This document shows, in pieces, positions 59,151 to 64,000 of a DNA stretch of 64,000 nucleotides. The position numbers and the translations under genes were made by a program. The stretch is from Oopsacas minuta (Eukaryota; Animalia; Porifera). The stretch covers positions 434,001 through 498,000 of the forward strand of contig JAKMXF010000177.1 of NCBI GenBank assembly GCA_024704765.1, written 5' to 3'. Under the pieces are notes generated by a model. That model searched no databases. It was not told where the DNA came from and saw only the letters and a program-made list of their open reading frames with translations. Position 1 is the first letter of the stretch. Each line of letters begins with the position of its first letter.

Positions 59151-61286
59151 TTGATGTTAATAGTTACAAAAGGGCCAGATTGTCTATTTGGGGAGAGTAG
59201 AGTACTTAAAATACGTAGATAATTATCTTAACGTAAATAAGAATAAGATAACCTGACCTGAGATTGTCTATACTTTTGACAAACGTAAATATTTTGTTAA
59301 TATATTATTAAGTCTATTGTCTCATTAAAATAACAAAAGCCTGTGAAATTTTCCATAACTGACACTTAGAAAAGCGGAAAATTAGTACGATTCTTCCCGC
59401 GTGCAATGTCTGTGTTCTGAGGTTCAATGTATATAACGTGAACGGTTATACGTCATTTAATCAGTTTCAAAAAGGTAAGTCTATCATGGTGCAGTGGTGG
59501 TGATAACTGAGTCATTAAATGCTGGTCTACATACTACACAATCCGTGATTGATAAATTGTGACAGTACGCATAAGTAAAATTTAGACATTATGTAAATGA
59601 GTAAGCAGTGACAGAACTTCCAGTGTACCATCGCAATGCCATGCCGTATGTATGGAATGACCACTTCATTCTTTGAGACTTACCGATGCATTTGATAGGT
59701 AAAGTCAGTGCCTATGTCCATTAGCATAAATTACATTTGCTAATTAAGTACATAATAGATGAATCGCTACAGGTTTCTTTACATTTATATGGTGTATGGT
59801 GTATGGTGTATGGTGTATCTAGCCATCAGATATTATTCATTGTACTTAATTAACAGAATTCGTATTACATTTCTAAAGGTCATTTTATTTGCAAGAGAAA
59901 TGAAATTCGCATATTATTATGAGTTCCGTAAGTATATAATTGTAATGTATACAATAATGAGTAAATCCTACAGAACAAATATGCGAGAAGATAAGGATAA
60001 ATAATTCATTAGATTTACCTAAGAGAAATCGCCTTTCTATTATAATTAAAACTCAATTATTGTGTGTTTGTGTGTGTTTGTTTGTCCACTATGTATTATA
60101 ATAATAGGGGGAGATGATCTGCGTATATAATATAGGAAAAGTAAACAATTACATTAGGGTAATCTAGTATCCTGATTCCGATTTTCACACTTCGAGTAAA
60201 TCATATGTAAATTTTTTTTGTTTGTATATTAAGTAAACAACTACTTGGTAGTTGAAATCTCGAAATATACTCAGATATTTGCTCTCAACAGCAATATAGA
60301 GGTAATCAAGTACGCTGAATCTGAATTTCGTATTTTCAAGTTTCTCATATATAAGTTATTGTTGTTTTTATGAATTTAAAGTAAACAAATAGTAGAAATA
60401 TTAAAATATACGTGAGACTTGCTATAAATGGCTATAGATGGGTATCAAAGGAAGCTGAGTCCGAATTTTCGCATAATCAACATTCTTTGTTGTTTTTATG
60501 AAGATGAACTAATGAGAGATAATTATGAATACACGGTTTTGTATAAGGAACCCTAACTCAAAATTTGGCTGAAGTTCCTTATGTTTTTGTGCCAATCTAG
60601 GGCCTCAAAGTTCCTCATCGGTTCCTTATTTTCTTGTGCTCGAAATATGTGTTGCTACTTAGGGCGGTACCTAACTACTAATAAATTATACATTACTCAG
60701 TTTGATTATTCACTTATTTATTGATTAACTTCAATAACCGGGAAATATAGACAAATCGAATTAATTGAAGTTATTTATGTACGCACTTAACAGCCTCGCA
60801 TATTCGGGCAATAAATAATCTCACCAGGAGTGTATACTTGACTGTAGACCCTCCCTCATCAGAACAAATTCTGGTCGGATTAGTGAATTGCATTAAAACA
60901 ATACTGATAACTCTCAAAATTGGAGCCAATTTTTTTTTAATTTTTACAGACGATAAAATTTCTTATCACTCTTCGTGGGTCTTTCTGAACATTTAGATCT
61001 TTCAGCAAAATAATTCATTTCAATGCTCTGATAGAATTAACCAAAGGTTTACTATAATAGTTTATTATTTCATTAAATTAGCCAAATATAAACTAACAAG
61101 TGTTTGTATATTTAACAAAATATATTGTCATTTAATCGTTAGTATATAACATCAGACATTATTTATACAGAATAGGAATGAATTAACTGTCCATCATGAA
61201 ATTATAAATGAATTTATATCACAATTACTCGATGAAGTAATCTGAGTGAAATCTGATAGAACGAGTTTAAATTATATGAGAGTTGA

Positions 61287-64000
61287 TTAAAACACGATTA
61301 ATCGGAGATGTAAGGTATCACAAACAAACACCTGCTTCTTATTATTCATAACGACACCAGCTGGAAAACTCAACAAATCATCCCCAAACTTGTGTAATAT
61401 ATTTCCATCTGTATTTATAACTCTGACTTGATGTTTTGAAAATTCAGTTACTATAAATATCCCAGTTAACGGGTCAATACAAAAGAACCATGGATTACAT
61501 AGAAAAATTTCAGTAGAAATTTCACGTAAGAAATCGTTATCAGTTGAAAATATTTTGAAATGAGGTTGTAGGGCTTCTAACACAAATATTTCATCTCTCA
61601 AAACCTAAAATGATATAATAATAAATACAATACACAAGCGTAGGGCATTAGTCGATCATCAAATGTATTGCTCACGACTAGTAATAATATTGCCTTATTA
61701 GTACAGCCGGCACAGAAAAACATGACGTTAGATGTTTGTCTATGTATTGTTATTACAAAAATGGTTCCCCTACTTTTCTATGTAATTGTTAGTTTAGAGA
61801 AGAAGTGAATGTCTATTACATTACCAAGAATGTCTATTACACATTAGAGATGGTAGTAAGTAGATAAAAATACAATTAACACGACCAATAAATTTTCCTA
61901 ATCAGTCTTTAAGCTTGGTTGTTTGGGACTTTCCATGCGATCGTAAGAGTATCATCCATCATCCATTTTGACTCTCATGCAAAATATATCCCAATATGAA
62001 TTGTGAATGCGATGAGTGAGTAATACAGCCTTTCATCTTTGTGCACTAGGATATCTTCAGAGAAAGAGCCATCATTACTGAGGGTATCTAAATGGTGAAA
62101 TTAGTTGGCGGAGTTTCTCTGGTATTGTTGATCCGTCTTTTCAAAGGTTTCAGTCTAGATCTCTTAACAAGCTGTAGGGAGTGATTCGAAGTACTTGGAC
62201 AGTAGTACGGTTAACTTTAGTAACTGGATATGGACCGAACCATCTATCCTGTAATATTCTTCCTTTCTTGTTTCGATAAATATTTTCGATCAAAACATTA
62301 TCTCCATTCTGAATTTTACTAAAGGCGATTGGATGTACTTTCTTGTCGTATTGTTGTTTCTTGAGAGTTTGTGAATGTGAGAGATTTTCTCCAACTTTGT
62401 TACTATTAAACTCTTGGGTTTCCTGCATGAAATCAACGAGTTCTTCAATCTGGTCGTCTCCGGCCCACTCATCCAGAGGTAAGTCTTCTGGATATTGATG
62501 AGTTAAGTTCTGTGCTTGAATAGGAAGTCGAGATTTCGTGAACCGTGCATTAGCTTAAAAACAGAGAAGGATGTAGTTGTTCTTGGCCAGATATTGATTA
62601 CAAAGTTTATTTCTTCAAGGAAATTTGACGAGTTTTAATGTTTTTCATCCAAACATTTAACCAGAGATCCTTTGATGGCCTTGTGTGATTACTCGATTAA
62701 TTCGTTTGTTTGAGGATGATAGGGCGTTGAGAGTATAAGCTTACAGTTATAATCTTCATACAATGCTTTGGATATTTTATTTGTAAATTCTGTGCCGTTG
62801 TCATTAATGATTTAAACAGGTGCCCCTTGTCGACAATATATCGAGTAAATACCTTTGGAGGGTATGATTTTGAGTTGATGTAAGTGGAGATGGTTTCATA
62901 TTCTACTGTATTAATTATTGTAGAAAAATAGAACGAACTTTTCGCTAACAACATAGGGAATAATTAAATAAAAGCCAAAATTTAGTTCTCATAAAGTTAA
63001 GGTAACAAATAAGATAAAAACCTGAAATAAATCTGAAACATAAAATGATTTGCGGATTACAGAGAAAAATAGGGAACCATTTTTGTCAAAACAGCATATC
63101 TCTTACCCTGAATTTAAGATATGAATCCTTTAGCACAATCACATAACCTATTTATCTATTTAGGAGCGATCAATTTTTGCTAGATAACGCGAAACCGATT
63201 TAAGTGCATGACGCGCACTTGAGGGTGCGTAGCGGGCACCCAGATTAAGGCATGATTATGCGCACCATCTTAACGTTGTTTCTAAATTTCGCGGACTCCT
63301 GCATGCGCCCCACGCACCAAGATAAAGGCCTGGCCGCCATCCACTGTGTACTTATACAAACTTTAACTAACTTTAACATCTTTAGGAGCTTCTAGAAGAT
63401 CTTTACCAATATGAGAAATAATCTTAAATTTAGTTGACAGAACTTTGACACAATTCTCCCAAGAACTAACCACATAAACAGCTCCCTCTGTTCCGACACA
63501 AATCCCACCGATTTGAGCATATTTCTCAACACTTCCGAATTTAACTCTTTGTACCACCTGGCTCACTAGATCAAACGATTGAACACTTGGTTGTATGCAG
63601 TCACTAACAATAATTCTGTTTGTGTGGGAACAAAATGAAATGGACCATGGACATAAAAATTCTCCAATTTCATGTCCATGCTGTCCGAAAGAATATTTGT
63701 ATTTGAATTCTGAGTCAAATATGTGGATCTATACGATTGATAGGTAAATAAAAATGATAAATTCAACAATTACACAAACATACCTGAGTATTGCCTCTAT
63801 CCACTGCATATATATCTCCATTTGCTCCAATAGTAGCATCCTGAATGATGGAAGATTTTAATTGATCAGGAACAGACATATATTTCAATGGGATATTTAA
63901 CGAAGAATAATCTCTATCATAAACAATAACATTTTCTGGTACCAATCTTCCTGTTAATAGTGCTGATATTGAAAGTTGATCTATCTCAAATTTATACTCA
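61287..64000 (-). CDS. NHL-repeat beta-propeller protein (probably TRIM/NHL-type C-terminus), 5'-truncated by the window
   Basis: Exons >64000-63784, 63728-63372 and 61604-61287, joined by phase-0 GT-AG introns (55 bp and 1767 bp). The product reads DIYAVDRGNTQ|IHIFDSEFKYKYSFGQHGHEIGEFLCPWSI...APKDVK|VLRDEIFVL...FPAGVVMNNKKQVFVCD. Confidence 0.85.
62130..62900 (-). pseudogene. Ty3/gypsy integrase remnant inside the NHL gene intron
   Basis: Broken frames with INDNGTEF, STPYHPQTN and RWFGPYPV (GPY/F motif). Confidence 0.8.

Noticed and set aside
1-64000. CRISPR arrays, rRNA, tRNA or prokaryotic operons
   Set aside because: None was seen. Spliceosomal introns and the gene content show eukaryotic DNA, and the repeats are TIR/MITE or microsatellite type.

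Overview
AT-rich, intron-poor eukaryotic (animal) genomic DNA. The gene set and compact introns suggest an early-branching metazoan such as a sponge (inference). Most genes lie on the minus strand: WDR81 (runs off the left edge), a 7-exon LRR/BC-box-like/Zn-finger gene absent as a whole from the ORF track, a class-2 DYRK kinase, a polypeptide GalNAc-transferase, a ZER1/ZYG11-like protein, a 4-exon sulfotransferase-like gene and an NHL-repeat gene (runs off the right edge). On the plus strand are an intronless MFSD8-like transporter nested in the 6-kb DYRK intron, and MRPS2. Intergenic and intronic DNA is full of DNA transposons: a mariner with TA TSD, a nearly intact hAT with about 370-bp TIRs and an 8-bp TSD, MULE remnants, MITEs, Helitron/Helentron-like repeats and a gypsy integrase remnant. 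The standout is an intronless 2606-aa ORF (38424-46244, minus). It joins an N-terminal CxxC...CxxC domain, a Dicer/RIG-I-type DExH helicase, a eukaryotic RNA-dependent RNA polymerase with intact DLDGD, a Cid1/TUTase-type nucleotidyltransferase with an apparently intact catalytic triad, and an unassigned C-terminus. This looks like a whole RNA-silencing amplification complex in one polypeptide. All coordinates, splice models and motif calls were read by hand; no database searches were run.
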